From Eledone cirrhosa (taxonomy: Eukaryota), in NCBI GenBank assembly GCA_964016885.1, contig OZ024755.1:13888001-13952000 (forward strand): 64,000 nt of DNA, in the 5' to 3' direction. A program made the position numbers and the translations under genes. Each line of letters opens with the position of its first letter. Position 1 is the stretch's first letter. Shown here in pieces: positions 14,076 to 28,892 of the stretch. Below the pieces are notes generated by a model, which was not told the origin of the DNA, ran no database searches, and saw only the letters and a program-made list of their open reading frames with translations.

Positions 14076-14109
14076 ATGCGTGTGTATGAATATAAAGATG
14101 TAGTAACTG

Positions 14110-14250
<141 letters not shown>

Positions 14251-14718
14251 CTATATAAATATATACTTATTTATTTATTTACATATATAGACACAGATAT
14301 ATATATGTATGTATGTGCATATATATGTGTGTGTGCGTGTGTATACAAAGAGAAAGAGAGAGAGAGAGACCGAGAGAGAGACAGAGAGAGGGGTGAGAGA
14401 GAGAGAAACTGACTGATGTGGCGTGCTTGCTTCTTAGCCGCCAGAGCTCACAATCAAAATCTCATGAGTTCGATCCCCGTACCAGTCGGTGGATTCTCTC
14501 CTTATGTGATGGTGCTCCAATTCATTTACGTAAAAATTAGTTTCAATACACTGGTGCCAAGCTGTATCGGCATATGGCTGTCCCTGGGACAAGATCAGTT
14601 TCGTAGAGAGAGCATACTTGCAGAAAAACTCCCTCACAAACAACCTGCTTGAAACAAACCCCTGATTAGACAGTTATGGGTGTATAATCCACACACACAA
14701 ACACACAGAAATATAGAG

Positions 14719-14768
<50 letters not shown>

Positions 14769-14775
14769 ACACACA

Positions 14776-14827
<52 letters not shown>

Positions 14828-14859
14828 GGACTGTTTGAGTTTATATAAATATAATATGA

Positions 14860-14894
<35 letters not shown>

Positions 14895-15779
14895 TCCGAT
14901 ACGTTAAGACTATTTTCCTATCATTTCAAGTATTTAACTAATATATTTCTTATATCTCATTGTACTGCGTGGTTTCCTTTGTTATTTCTGTTTATGTTTT
15001 ACACACATGCATGACACGCCCACACATGCACACACGCACACACACAAACAGAGACATACATACACACATATAGATATAAATATGTATGAGTGTGTATATA
15101 CATACACACGTACACACGCCAATCAATGCATGTGCTACATTCGTATTTCAAGGAGGATGGGAACCAATTACGTTTGACGAAAATAACATTTACAGATTAA
15201 AAAAAATAAATCAAAATGTGTAGGGACTTTTCATCAAGTTAAGGATCAACTGTTTTTTTCCTAATCGCAATCATCACCTTATCCCTCCCACTTCTCCATT
15301 TCTCTCTCATTCTTTACCTCTTCCTCTAACTGTGAGTCTATCCTATCCACCCCAGCACTTACCTAGCACCAGGAAATCCCTTTACAAAGTGTTATTTAAA
15401 GGTCAAGTTATATTTTTAAAACCGAGAAACACGTTCGTTTTTTTTCCTGCCTTTTTAAGTGATTTAATTGCTACTGTTGACTGACGGACATCTATGAAAA
15501 TAACGACGTCATCAACAACCACAACCATAACATTAACGACATCAACAACACCAACTAGTGTATCTGGACAAATAAATGCAGGTATCGTTGAATGCTTAAC
15601 AGGTTTGCTTCGCAATTACGTAGCTTTGGTTTCAATTCTACTGCGCGATATCTTGAGCAAATGTCTTTTACCATATCCTGGAGTCAACGAAAGACTCATG
15701 AGGGACATTTGTTAAACAGACACTTTGTTGAAACCCTTGTGATGACACTTCTTTTTCTCGGGTGGTTTGACCATTAACA

Positions 15780-15985
15780 TCTTGTGTCTGGGGGTTCTTA
15801 ACGGATTTTAGTTTGTTGTATGCATTTGGCTCTGGTCTCTTGTTTGAAGAGTGCTTATTCTCTTTAAGGTTCTCGTAGATCCCTAAAATAGTTTTAGGTG
15901 TTATGAATCTTTCTCTAAGTCCATAAAGCCTTTCATAAAGAAAAGTAATTTGAACAATAATAGGTACCACATCTGGCCAAATATG
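15780..15985 (-). mobile_element. Possible very old Dong/R4 3' remnant
   Basis: IWPDVVPIIV ... KTILG/STRTLKR across a frameshift loosely resembles the RLE C-terminus. Confidence 0.35.
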
Positions 15986-16000
15986 CAAATATAGTAAGTA

Positions 16001-16160
16001 CTAGCAGAATGGCCCGGCGTTGTTCAGGATTTGCTCTAGGGTTCTTATATATTTGATATATATTTATCCTTATCGAGCCTCGTGAAATAAATACGTTTGT
16101 TTATAATTTGTTATTGTGTATGCAAAAATATCTGTACACGAATATATAATTATATATATA
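16001..16160 (-). mobile_element. 3' terminal fragment of the same Helitron-like family
   Basis: Reverse complement of ~48785-48937 with an intact CTAG|T end, truncated at the internal TA tract. Confidence 0.8.
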
Positions 16161-16514
16161 AATAATTAAAATAACAGAAATCTATAACAGCAACACTGAC
16201 ATCAACTACAAACACACAGTAACAACAACACCACCCACATTATTGATACCAACTTCAACAACATTAAAAACAACAGTTACATTAACAGCAAAAATCCCCC
16301 AGAGCAAAAACAACAACAATAACAAAAACCGCAACGACAACAATTCAAAAGGACAGCCATGTCACATATTGTATCACCCCTTGGACTACGTTAAGGCTAT
16401 GTGCCTTTGGAATGCTCAGTCACTTGTACGTCCATTTCATGAGCAAGCTGTTCAGTTGATCAAACAACTAGAACACCAGTCGTAGAAGCTGACGCAGTAC
16501 CGGCATGGAATAAT

Positions 16515-16600
16515 CAACAGCTACAACAACAGCTACAACAACAGCTAAAACAACAGCTATAATAACAGTTACAACAACAACAGCTACCACAACAACAGCT

Positions 16601-16643
<43 letters not shown>

Positions 16644-16645
16644 AG
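16515..16645. repeat. (CAA)n / (ACAACAACAGCT)n repeat
   Basis: Direct inspection. Confidence 0.9.
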
Positions 16646-17011
16646 CAATGAAAACAACAACCTAAATAATACCACCCACAATATCACTTGTTGAACTGAC
16701 TGTTTATTCATTCCTCCTTGTAAACTAACAAGATGGATGGTGGGTAATGACGCAGAAGATAACTTAATAGAATATTAAAGTTAAAATGGCAGGTTCGTGC
16801 TGGCGGTTGGTTCTACGTTTATATTACTAAACATTGCATTTCAAAATTGTATTAATGACCGCTAATTACTTGTTTTAATCAATTCAATCTCTGCTAATGT
16901 GTTTCGTATTGCCATTAATGGAATATTTGGTATATTTCATAGCCATTGAAATCCAAATTATTGAGTAAAGATTATTTTTATAAAGGTATTTTATCGATAT
17001 AAGTTTTTATC

Positions 17012-17050
<39 letters not shown>

Positions 17051-17982
17051 GAGAGTGAAAGGGGGAGATATTGATATATAAGATAGATAGATAGTTAGAT
17101 AGATAGGTATATATATATATATATATATACAAAGACAGGTTGGGAGAAGAAAGAGAAAATGGATAAAAAATATATATATAAATAATTATAGATAATCATA
17201 TTTTATTTAATATATATTTCTTGGAGTTTCTCGGGGTTTTTTTTCATCAATATATCTTTTTCTTTTTCGCATTTTTAACAAATTTAACCATATCTATATT
17301 AAATATTTAGTCACATCAATATCAATGTTTTGCTACAACAGTTTCAATACGTATTGATTTCCTGTAAATATAAGCGGGAAGGGAATTAAAGTAATGTGCA
17401 CACATTGCGAATTGGGTATTAGATGCGTTAGTTAAATAGTTAAAGGCTTTCTCGATCCCTGGAGCTCAAAGGGCCCAACGTTATGCTGACTTCGTGCCGT
17501 GTTAATCTACTGAAATATGAGACTTTGTCCCTCAATGCGACATCAATCCATTGCGGTGTTGAGAACTCCTTCAGCAACTGTTCATGGTATTCGATAAATG
17601 CCTGTGACTCAGTGTTGAAGGTGCTTATCTTCTGATCGTAATGATTCGTAGTTTTAATATTTGTGGCTTCTGAGCACACCTGATTTCTTCCAGGAAGTGA
17701 AAGAGAGCGAGAGTATAGAGGCCATAGTTGACCTCCGTTTTATTTGAGGTCAGGGTGCAGAGAACTAAAACCACACCCAGGAAACAGTCTATCAGACGTG
17801 CGATTTTGCCAATTTACAATTTTTTAAAATCGTTAATATAAATTGAACAATGTGTTAAGATTAATATCTAGAAAACATGTTATATAATCTTTTAGGGTTC
17901 GATTTTTATCTTTAACTGAACTAAGTCAATTGCTTTACTTGAATACATTATATCGGTTTAGAAGTCATATATATATATATAT

Positions 17983-18474
17983 ATTAAAATAACAGATAAA
18001 ATTTAAGCAAAGATCACTGCTTTCACCCTTAACGGGATCTTCTGAAATTAAAAAAGTCAATCTGTGAACGCAGAAGTAAATATTTCAAATGACGTTGCAA
18101 CCGAAGGAAGACAGGAGGACGATACTTTGGTTCGTGGAAACGTTCCCTGGCAAAGAACGGAAAAAAACGAAGATAAACGTTATTATTTGGTGCGGTGAAA
18201 ACAATTACACGCAAAGACAAAACCACGTTTATGGTATAAGTGAAGTCGTAGACTAAAACTCTATTTAGGAAACCGAATGATTCTCGGCTTCAGAGTTAAG
18301 AATAAAGTAAATAAAATACAGAGGTAATTGAAATAAAATATATAAATACACGCATCTAAATACGTACATACACAAGCATACGCGAAAATATTTGCTCTCC
18401 GGTTCTTATATATCTGATATATATTTATCCTTATCGAGCCCTCTTTGGATTTTAGTCTTCAAATTTATTATTAT

Positions 18475-18478
<4 letters not shown>
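17983..18478. mobile_element. Family B repeat copy
   Basis: Collinear with 10929-11520, with (TA)n on both sides. Confidence 0.85.
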
Positions 18479-18555
<77 letters not shown>

Positions 18556-20524
18556 AAGTATATTTATACATATGTATATCTTGAAATATACTGGGTAAAA
18601 CATTAAATTGGCCTTTATATATTTCTACCGTATTTTGCCAGGTTTCTGAAACTTATCATGATTTATTACATATCTCACAATTCTTTATATAACTATACTA
18701 TGATACATAAAAACATTTGCCGAAGATTCCACGCAGTGGGATCGAACCTCTGCAACCACATGATTATGAACCGCCAAGTATTTAACCATTCATCCAAGCT
18801 TGTATCAATACTTAAGGTTCGGTAACTCTTGGTGGAGTCATGGAGACGCCGTAGTGACATACTTGTGCACTTTAAACCTGGCGGACCCCATCTCATCTCC
18901 AGATTAGAATGCAGGTCATTTACTTCCAGAGGAGGGAGGGAGAGAGTGATAGAAAAGAAGTTAAGTGATATAGAGGAAGAATCAAAACCCGTGCTGTACT
19001 GGTACTTTTTTTTATCGACCTCGAGAGAATGAAAGGTAAATTTGATCTCGGCTTGTTTTAAATTCTAAGAGAGCCAATTTGTCGCCCTATATTTCTCAGA
19101 ATCGGTTAGTACCAAACTAACCATTGAAACAACGTCTGATTATCAAATATGCATGGAATACCATGCAATAGTCATTCAGCTATCCAACATATCAACAGTC
19201 ATCTCCTGTTGTGCTAAATCGTTTTTGAAATGGCGTCTATGTGTTTATATTTAACTCACCTCTCTATAAATGTTTCATTCTGAAAGACACCACCAAAGAA
19301 GAAATAAGCTTATATCATTGATAAAACATCATCTTTTAAGATCATGTGAAAATTAACTACAAATCACGCACTTATTTTAAATTTATAATTGGTTTCTTGC
19401 AAAATAGTAATTCCTTTGACACAGGTTCTTGTTTTTTTTTTTTTCTTCTCATTTGATTTTCTAAAAAGTGACTAGTCGTGGCAGTGGTGATGGTAAAAGT
19501 GTCGATGGAAACGGTGATGGTCATGATGTCGGTGGTGGTGCCGGTGAGAGTTATAATAAAAGCATATAGTGGTGACGGTGGTGGTGATATTATCGGTAAT
19601 GATGATGATTGTGATGGTGGTGGTGGTTGTGGAGGTGGTTTTTATTATTATTTCATGTCAGCTAAGTGATGAATCTGTTCTTTCTATTATTTATATATTT
19701 ATTTATGATGGAATGGTTTCTAACAAATAGCCGCTATTTTGTCTTAAAGTAAGATTAATCTATTGAAGTAAGGAAATTATTGTGTTATCTTTGAGTCAGA
19801 CTAAATAAGTGCTGCGTTGAATCTTCAAAATAATGATTTCTTGCTGTGATACAATGCTATAGATTTAATGAGGCAGGAGTAGAAGAGAATGAATAGACCT
19901 CATTATATGACAGGTACTTATTTGACAAAAGACTTCTCAGCTCATAATAGTATTTAGTGCGATGTTCTGTCGTTTTTAGTCCACAAATCAATAACTGAAT
20001 TATATGAATTGACTAATTAGCTGCTGATGTGATGTTCAGATCAGAATAGATTGAACGACAAGTAGGTTGTCAGCTGGGATGGGTCTACAATGTTGAATAC
20101 AGCCTCTTCCACTCGATTTCTAGTCCTTTTGTTGTACTGCTATATGTAGGTAATTTTTGTACACTTTCGTACATGTATGTACGCGTAATGTATGCATATG
20201 TGTTATTATTTAGCTATAAATAATGAAATATTTAATGAGTTTGAAAAGGGTCTACATTTTTTTCATCTGGCCTGAGCATGTTACGAGTTTTAGAGGCGTA
20301 CAATTCACAACTAACCTGGACATACTAGCTACATTTCACATCTGGCCTAAGAATGCTACTAGATTTGAGTTTAAATTCCGCTGCCTTCTGCCAGTTGTCA
20401 CCAACATAATATCAGTAATGGAAAGACCGCGGACAATATAGTTTTCTGGGTTCAATCTGGCGACAAGCACGTTTTCTTTCCTTAGCATTCTAATAAAGCG
20501 TGTTTATGTCTCTACTGAACCGGA

Positions 20525-20690
20525 GAATGGGTCGCAGATGGAGGATAACGATATGGCCACCAGATATGATATGCAAGTTGCGATATAAGCGAGCAACTGT
20601 CGGACGAATAAGCAACCCCGAACAAACAACGGTAAACCACTAGGGGAGATGGAGCAATGGGTGACAACCCAGTGAAGAAACTACGACGAA
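20525..20690 (+). mobile_element. Possible RTE 5'UTR remnant
   Basis: GTCGCAGATGGAGG..CCAGATATG..GTTGCGA..GAATAAGCA resembles the conserved 5' region of RTE elements as I recall it. Confidence 0.4.
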
Positions 20691-21547
20691 ATGATTAAAG
20701 GCTGCCTCTAAAAAAGACTAGTCTTCGCAGGTTTGACAAAGTACCAGATTGATGACTGGTGCGAATAAGACCACTAAACCTGAAACTGCAATATGATTAC
20801 GTCAAATAACGAACTGAAAGACAACTGAAAGACAATTTATACGTGATCTAGAAGTTCTTGCTTTAAGTTTGCTTTAAGAAATATTTCACTTCAAAAAGAA
20901 GAATAAGGAAATACAAAATCAAATATTAACATATAGAGCCAACTTCGAAAAGAATTGGGTGTAACTAAAACTTATGTATGCGACTTAATTACGCTTATAG
21001 ATATGTTAGGTAATTTTTCCTAGACACTTTAATTCACTGAAATTTATTTCTAAATCGGAGAACAGAAGAAAAACATACCAAGAAGAGTTAGAAAAAAGCA
21101 ATCAAGAAATTTGTTGAAGGAAGTGATTTATTTGTTGTTTATCGTAAAACCAGTTCTCTAATTTAACATGGTTGACGCCCAATCATCACTCATGCTTTTC
21201 TATATTAGAGAACGTTCATTTCGAATTTACTTATTTGTTTTATTTTTTCCTCGCTTTCACTTGTTAACTAAATAAGAATAGGATATTTTTCTTTAAATCA
21301 TTTCAGAAAATCGAACCTCTAAATACAGTCAGAATAATTGTATTCCTTGCTGTTAATTTATGTTTTTTTTTTGTGGTTTTAAGTATAGATTCAGCATTCG
21401 TTAGATTACACAATACACCTACATATGCACCTATTAATATTTATTAGATTATACAATACATCTCAAATATACATACTAGAATTTGTATAATACACGTCAT
21501 CTCCCTCATTATCAAGCTAATTACCTACCCAATTACCAACTTAGTAC

Positions 21548-21768
<221 letters not shown>

Positions 21769-22142
21769 CTAACAGATTGTATATTATATTCTTTCTTACC
21801 TTCCATACTTTAAGCTTACTTACATAACAAAATGTGTTTCAGTTGTTATGATCAACAGAACATCCTACTCTTGAAATTAGCATACAATAAACACCTTAAC
21901 GAAATTCATCACGACACAATTAGTGAACAGCTTGGTCCTTAAATCTACGGCTACAACTCATCTTTTTTCAGCCGAGTGGACTGGAGCTACGTGAAATAAA
22001 CTGTATAGCTCAAGGACACCTCACGCCGCCGAAATCAAAATCAATACATTACGTTCGTGAGCCGCACACCTTAAACACTAAACTTTGCGCAATGCCTTAT
22101 GAGAGCAATGTGGTAGACAGAAATTGTACGGAATCCTGTCGT

Positions 22143-22229
<87 letters not shown>

Positions 22230-22280
22230 CCTCCCTCCCTCTCACTCTCTCTATCTCTCTCTATCTCTATCTCTATCTCT

Positions 22281-22324
<44 letters not shown>

Positions 22325-22760
22325 TTATTAAAATAACAGATTAAAGTTTAAGCAAAGAATCGCTGCTTTCACCCTAACGGGATCTTCTGAAAGTAAAGAA
22401 AATCAATCTGTGAACGCAGAAGTAAATATTTCGAAAAACGTTGCAGCCGAAGGAAAACAGGAAGACGATACTAGTTCGTGTAGATGTACCATGGCAAAGA
22501 ACGGAAAAAAGCTAAGATAATACGTCGTTGTGTGGATCGTTGAGAACAATTACATGCAAAGACAAAACCACGTTTATGGTATAAATAAAGTCGTAGATTA
22601 ATATTCTATTTAGGAAACCGAATGATTCTCGGCTTCAGAGTTAAGAATAATGTCAATAAATTAGTAGAACAGAAATGATAAAGGTTATTAAAATCAATAA
22701 CAATTAAACATATACATTCACGCATCTATATACAACATACACGTGCATACGCGAAAACAC
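22325..22760. mobile_element. Family B repeat copy (partial)
   Basis: Collinear with 17983-18390 and starts at a (TA)n tract. Confidence 0.8.
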
Positions 22761-22916
22761 CCCCATGCATGCATATACATGCACGTACACATAAACACGT
22801 GCACACATACATAAACCCGCGCGACGCCTGTACCCACACACATATAAATATATATTTATAAAAATATATTTAAACTACACACACATATATATATAGATAC
22901 ATATATATGTATGCGC

Positions 22917-23872
22917 ATGATGGGATGACAGAGCTCTTTGAGATACTGGCTGAAGTGCTCCAGGGAGATACATTGGCTCCCTACCTTTTTATCATCGTAG
23001 TGGACTATTGTATGCGCCTTGCACTGGAGAAACACCAAGACCTTGGCATTACTGTAGCACCGGCTCAGAGCAGGAGAGTTAAGGCGAAAAAGATATCGGA
23101 TGCTGAATTTGCCGACGACATAGTTTTGGTGACAAATACAGTAAAGGAGGCAGAGGATTTGATGCAGGAGGTTGAGACTGTGTCGATGAGTGTAGGGCTG
23201 AGAATGAATGAGACTAAAACAAAATATCTGGTAGAGAATGTTGAGAAGCCAGATGGGATCACTAATGTAGGCGGGAAGCCGCTAGAATTGGTTGAGGACT
23301 TCCTGTATTTGGGAGCAAAGATTGGGAATACGGAAGATGATGTGGTTGAGAGGAAGAGGAAAGCCTGGGCAGCGTGCCACAGCTTGAGATCGGTGTGGAA
23401 GTCGGACCTTCGTAAAGACCTGAAAATCCGCCTTTTCATTGCTGTAGTGGAGTCTGTCCTGCTGTAGGGGTCTGAGACTTGGACACTGACCAAGAAACTC
23501 ACTCGGATGGTGGATGGGTGCTACACGAGAATGCTGCGGATGGCTCTGAACATTAATCAGTATACACTGAGGATGAAAAACTCAGAGCTGTATGGGAGCC
23601 TCCAAAAAATCAGCTCAAAAGTGACACAGAGGAGACTGAGGTTAGCTGGACATACTCACCGACATCCGGAGTTGACATTGCACTCAGTTCTCCTGTGGGA
23701 TCCCCTACATAGACACACTGGAAGAGGAAGACCAAGGTTAACTTATGTGATGCCCTAAGGACAGACACTGGTCTGTTGGAGACGCAGGACATGGCAGCGA
23801 TAATGAGGGACAGAGACCGCTGGAGAGAACTCGTACATGGATCTCTGGAATTTTACCCGCCCTAGAATAGAA
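22917..23872 (+). mobile_element. 5'-truncated RTE-group LINE (RT C-terminal half), pseudogenised
   Basis: Motifs VLQGDTLAPYLFIIVVDY, FADD, FLYLG, VLL*GSETWTLT (TAG at 23465 where Tyr is expected), RRLRLAGH and GRPRLTY. One frameshift near 23750. Ends TAGAATAGAAT before (TA)n. Confidence 0.92.
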
Positions 23873-23968
23873 TATATATATATATACATATATATGCATC
23901 TATATATATATATGTGTATGTATAATTAAATATTTATATGTATATATATAAATATATATATATATATT

Positions 23969-24058
<90 letters not shown>

Positions 24059-24061
<3 letters not shown>

Positions 24062-24440
24062 GATATTAAACAAATGGAAACTATATTTATAAAACCATAT
24101 TTATTTCATTATATATATTTCAGGGATATCATATTAAAAATATGGTATGCCTTCCTCAGACAAAATACAATATATAAGCCGTTTTATAAATAAATTTGAC
24201 ATACCTTAAAATAATGCAACTTCCATTTAAAAAGTTGATTTGGTAGTCCAGACTACCAAATCAACTTTTTAAATGGAAGTTGCATTATTTTAAGGTATGT
24301 CAAATTTATTTATAAAACGGCTTATATATTGTATTTTGTCTGAGGAAGGCATACCATATTTTTAATATGATATCCCTGAAATATATATAATGAAATAAAT
24401 ATGGTTTTATAAATATAGTTTCCATTTGTTTAATATCGTA
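24059..24440. repeat. Essentially perfect palindrome, 190 bp arms, 2 nt loop
   Basis: Centre is TTGGTAGTC-CA-GACTACCAA. The left arm starts at a (TA)n tract. Confidence 0.95.
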
Positions 24441-24525
24441 AACCTACTCCAAAACCTGTTGAGTGCTTTTATATCAGTTATAAAATATTTACTCGTTGTA
24501 ACCCAACAATTTTAAATAAAACTTT

Positions 24526-24608
<83 letters not shown>

Positions 24609-24652
24609 ATATATATATATAAATACATACATATATATATACATATTCATAC

Positions 24653-24685
<33 letters not shown>

Positions 24686-24843
24686 ATAATATATGTAGTA
24701 ATAAACACAGTAAATCGTGTATCTATTATTATTACTACATATATTATTATATAATTGTTTCTAATTATATAATGCTCAGTATTTATACTTTGAGCTTGTT
24801 AATTACAGGGTATCAATATAAGTTATTAACTCTGCCGTTTATT

Positions 24844-24887
<44 letters not shown>

Positions 24888-25598
24888 GGAAAACGAAAAA
24901 TCAGTGAAGCATCGGAACTCAATTTATTGTGTTACAATTGTTTCCCCGGCGAACAGCTCGAGGTGCGATATGTGTGTGGATCGAACTGACTCTGGACTCG
25001 CAGGTTCCCCGGACACGTCTATTGATTTCGGAGCATATCCTCTTTTTGTGATTTCTGACCCTCCGAGTCTATATCGTCCACCTTCCTCCGCTTTGCGCGT
25101 CATTGGGTTGGTCACTGGTTAATGACGTCATCATTATTCTGACCACTGGTAGCAGCCCGCTGGCCATCAGGGCGTGAGCTGGCATCATCCATTGTCGCGT
25201 AGGCAAAATTACTGCTATTTGCCCACTCACACACACACAAGCACAGAGATGCGGGCAGATTCATGCAGAGTAGCTTGTGTGCTTACGTTCACACATGTAC
25301 GCCCAGAAGCATACCCACATATCCATGTATACACACACACATAAATAGTCACACAAATATACGCATACATGCACACAGAGAGGCACACACACACGCGCGC
25401 GCGCGCGCGTGTATATACGCACGCATATACACACACGTAGACGCACCCGTATATATATATATATATACATGCACACACACACGTACTCATTCGTACATAT
25501 ACATACATATACACGCACAGATATATATGTACATACACATACATACATACATACGCACATCTGCACATACATATGTGTATATACACACATACACATAC

Positions 25599-25629
<31 letters not shown>

Positions 25630-26445
25630 CACCTACCCGAGCGCCCACAGGTATACACACATGTATATATATACATAGACACACACACACACGCACACAT
25701 ATAGATATATATATATGTATATATACATACATACCCTTATATATTTTTCTTTCTTCTACACGTGTGCATACACACACACAGACTCTCACACATATTCTTA
25801 CACATATATATATATATGTATATACACACATCTACTCATACATAGAAAAATATGCATGAATTATTCACAGTTCAAAATAAATAATCTAAAAATTAGGTAT
25901 AGAGAGATACAGAGAGATATATAAAGATATATATTAAGTATTAGTGATACAGTATACGTTAGCTAAATGATAACGATTATGCTCTTATATAATAGATTTC
26001 GACGTGCTACAGTTAAATACATACATATATATAAGAAAAATAATAATAAATGCATGGATAATTCTGAGTTCAAAATAAGGTCCGTAAAAAAAAATTACAG
26101 GTTAGATATTTGCTCTATATTTGAATCATGGATAGAAAAATATGGTAGGTATATTTAAAAACTTCCAAAAGATAAGTACATACATATTATAAAAAAAAAA
26201 ATGTAAACAAATGAATGATTCACAGTTAAAAATAAGTTCCGTAAAAATATACAGATTGGATATTTAAACTAAAATTTAAAACTTAGAGAGGAAAATAAAG
26301 ATAGAGAAATAATGGTATGGATCAAAGTTAATAATATTATGTTATGTATATCAACGTGTCAGCGTGTTGTTGAACAAGTGTCATTCATTCGAGCGTTATT
26401 TCTTCTATAGATAGTTATAAGATAATGCAATATTAAAGGCCATTA

Positions 26446-26485
<40 letters not shown>

Positions 26486-26488
<3 letters not shown>

Positions 26489-26541
26489 TAGATAGCGTTC
26501 GTTTATTCTCCATGTCATAATTACAAGTATATTAATAAGTA

Positions 26542-26596
<55 letters not shown>

Positions 26597-26598
26597 TG

Positions 26599-26665
<67 letters not shown>

Positions 26666-26667
26666 TG

Positions 26668-26716
<49 letters not shown>

Positions 26717-26769
26717 TTATTAATATACTTGTAATTATGACATGCAGAATAAACGAACTCTATCCACGA
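26486..26769. repeat. ~60 bp inverted repeat around a (TA)n spacer
   Basis: TCGTAGATAGCGTTCGTTTATTCT..AAGTATAT and ATATACTT..AGAATAAACGAACTCTATCCACGA. Confidence 0.9.
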
Positions 26770-27959
26770 TATATGTATATATATATATATGTGTGTGTGT
26801 GTATATATATATATACATGCGTGTGTAGGTGTTTATGTAGACATATACATCGTCCACTCGCTCTTTCTCTCTATATATATATATAATGCACACACCACAT
26901 TGCGATTTAGGAAAAAGAAGAAAGCGAACGAAGAAACGGATTCAATGTCTTTCACTAATCATACATTCTAATTGATTCATACATACAATAGAGAATAACA
27001 AGTGATTGTCCGTTCAACCCTTCTTTTATTTGTTCACTTAACTAAACCTGGATTAATGTGTCATACTGAGACTTCCCTCTCAGTATTTCTACATTTAACG
27101 CCATCGTCTCAATTAGGATGCACCTGTCTCGTGATTAGTTCCTTTCACCCGAGGCCAATGTAATTAGAGACACTCCTTATTTTGATATACCTCACAATTC
27201 CCTCTTTTATATCTTCATTCATACATCCATACGCCACTCAATCGTATGTATTTCTCGTCTTTAACTCAATGCAACGCTGAGGAGGATGAAGCCAATTTAT
27301 GAAGGCATTGTGTAGTTAATAGTCATACAATTCACATGAATACAATTGATTCAGACGTATCCTTCCTGGTAAATATCTAAAGGCATCGCTTGCTTCTGGG
27401 GGCCATCTTTTACAATATTTTCTAATTAGCTCAGACCCAGGTGTATTGTATCTTATTTCAAGTAAGATAGCATTACTATAAGTATAACAACATCATCATT
27501 GAATACAATCATTGGATCTGATCTTATCTCGTTGAACCAAGGAAATATTTTTTTAATTATACACAGCCAAAGCTGCCTACAATGTATAGTAGCCAATAAA
27601 ATATTTCTTATAATTCAAATTATAATTGAGCTAAAATTGATATTGAATCTAATCACTAACAAAGTGACCTGCGAGAAAAACGGTGAGAATCGACAAGATT
27701 GGATGAGTAACCACGAAATTAGATGCGATAGATTAGGAAACAACGGGATCAGACGTGATGGGATAAGGAACGATGAGGTTAAACGCGATAGGATAAAGAA
27801 CGACGAAATCAGTCGAACTAGAGTCAGAAATGCTGAAATCAAACGAGTCGGGTCCAGATACAGATTGGACCTTGAGCTGATCAATCGCGAAACGCGCGTC
27901 ACACCTCAATAAACCTAATGAAAATTTTACAACACGTCAATATTTTTGTCATCATTATT

Positions 27960-28540
27960 ATTCTTATTATTCTTTGAGTCTCAGTCATTGATGTTAGTTA
28001 AATGGAAAATTTGTTGAAATGAATATCAAGCCACTACCTGCAGCCTCAGATATTCAGGACGTATCGGAGGGTTCTTGCTGTTCCCAGCAAGCATGCCTTT
28101 TGAAGTGTTCCAAAAAGCGGGGCGGGACCAATCTTCTTTAACCATCCTTGGAAACTCTTTGAGATAGTACCTAGTGCTCCTATGACAATCGGGACTACTT
28201 TGACCTCATGGCAGTTCCAAATCCTTTTTACCTCCCACTTTAAGTCCTGGTAACGGTTAATTTTCTCCCTCTCCTTCTCTTGCACTCTCGTGTTGAATGG
28301 GCAGGCCACATCCACAATCAGGCACGATCTTTTTTCCTTGTCCAAAACCACCAGGTCAGGTCTATTGTGTTCCAGTTTCTTGTCCGTCTGTATCCTAAAA
28401 TACCACAGCACCTTCACCTGATCGTTTTCTATCACCCACTCTGGCTTATGCTCATACCACTTCTCAGAATGTGGTAAATTGTTTACTTTGCATAGGTGCC
28501 AGTGGATCACCCTGCCCATCACATCATGTCTCCAGCCTAA
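27960..28540 (-). mobile_element. 3' fragment of a Dong/R4-type retrotransposon (RLE endonuclease domain and 3'UTR)
   Basis: ORF 28046-28543 contains RHD, KWYEHKP, HNRPDLVV..IVDVACP, KINRYQDL, VVPIVIGALG and LQKACLLGTARTLR. The 3' end runs into a TAA-like tail. Confidence 0.9.
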
Positions 28541-28635
28541 CATTAAATCATAAATTTTCCTTTTTTTTCAAATATACCTAACTATACCAAGGATCTCACA
28601 CATTTTCCAATATATATATATATATATATAATAAT

Positions 28636-28819
28636 AGTTTCTACTTTAGGCACAAGGCCAGCAATTTCCCAGTGCATTACTGGTACTTTATTTTATTGAC
28701 CCCGTAAGGATGAAAGGCAAAGTCAACCTCGGCGGGATTTGAACTCAGATCGTAAAGGGACGTAACTATGCTGGAAAGCATGGCGCCCGACCCTCTACCG
28801 ATACTGCCAATCCACCGCC
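28636..28819 (-). mobile_element. SINE family A, young full-length copy
   Basis: Complete head, core and tail. Head-to-head with 28893-29080. Confidence 0.9.
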
Positions 28820-28892
28820 CTCGGTGGATATAATAATAACAATAATAATAATAATTAATATTAATTATTATTATTATTATTATTATTTTAAG

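Noticed and set aside
23065-23502. 145 aa minus-strand ORF
   Set aside because: It is the antisense shadow of the RTE reverse transcriptase frame.
27000-27470. Mixed-composition segment, possibly a decayed coding or TE fragment
   Set aside because: I could not recognise a motif in any frame I read.
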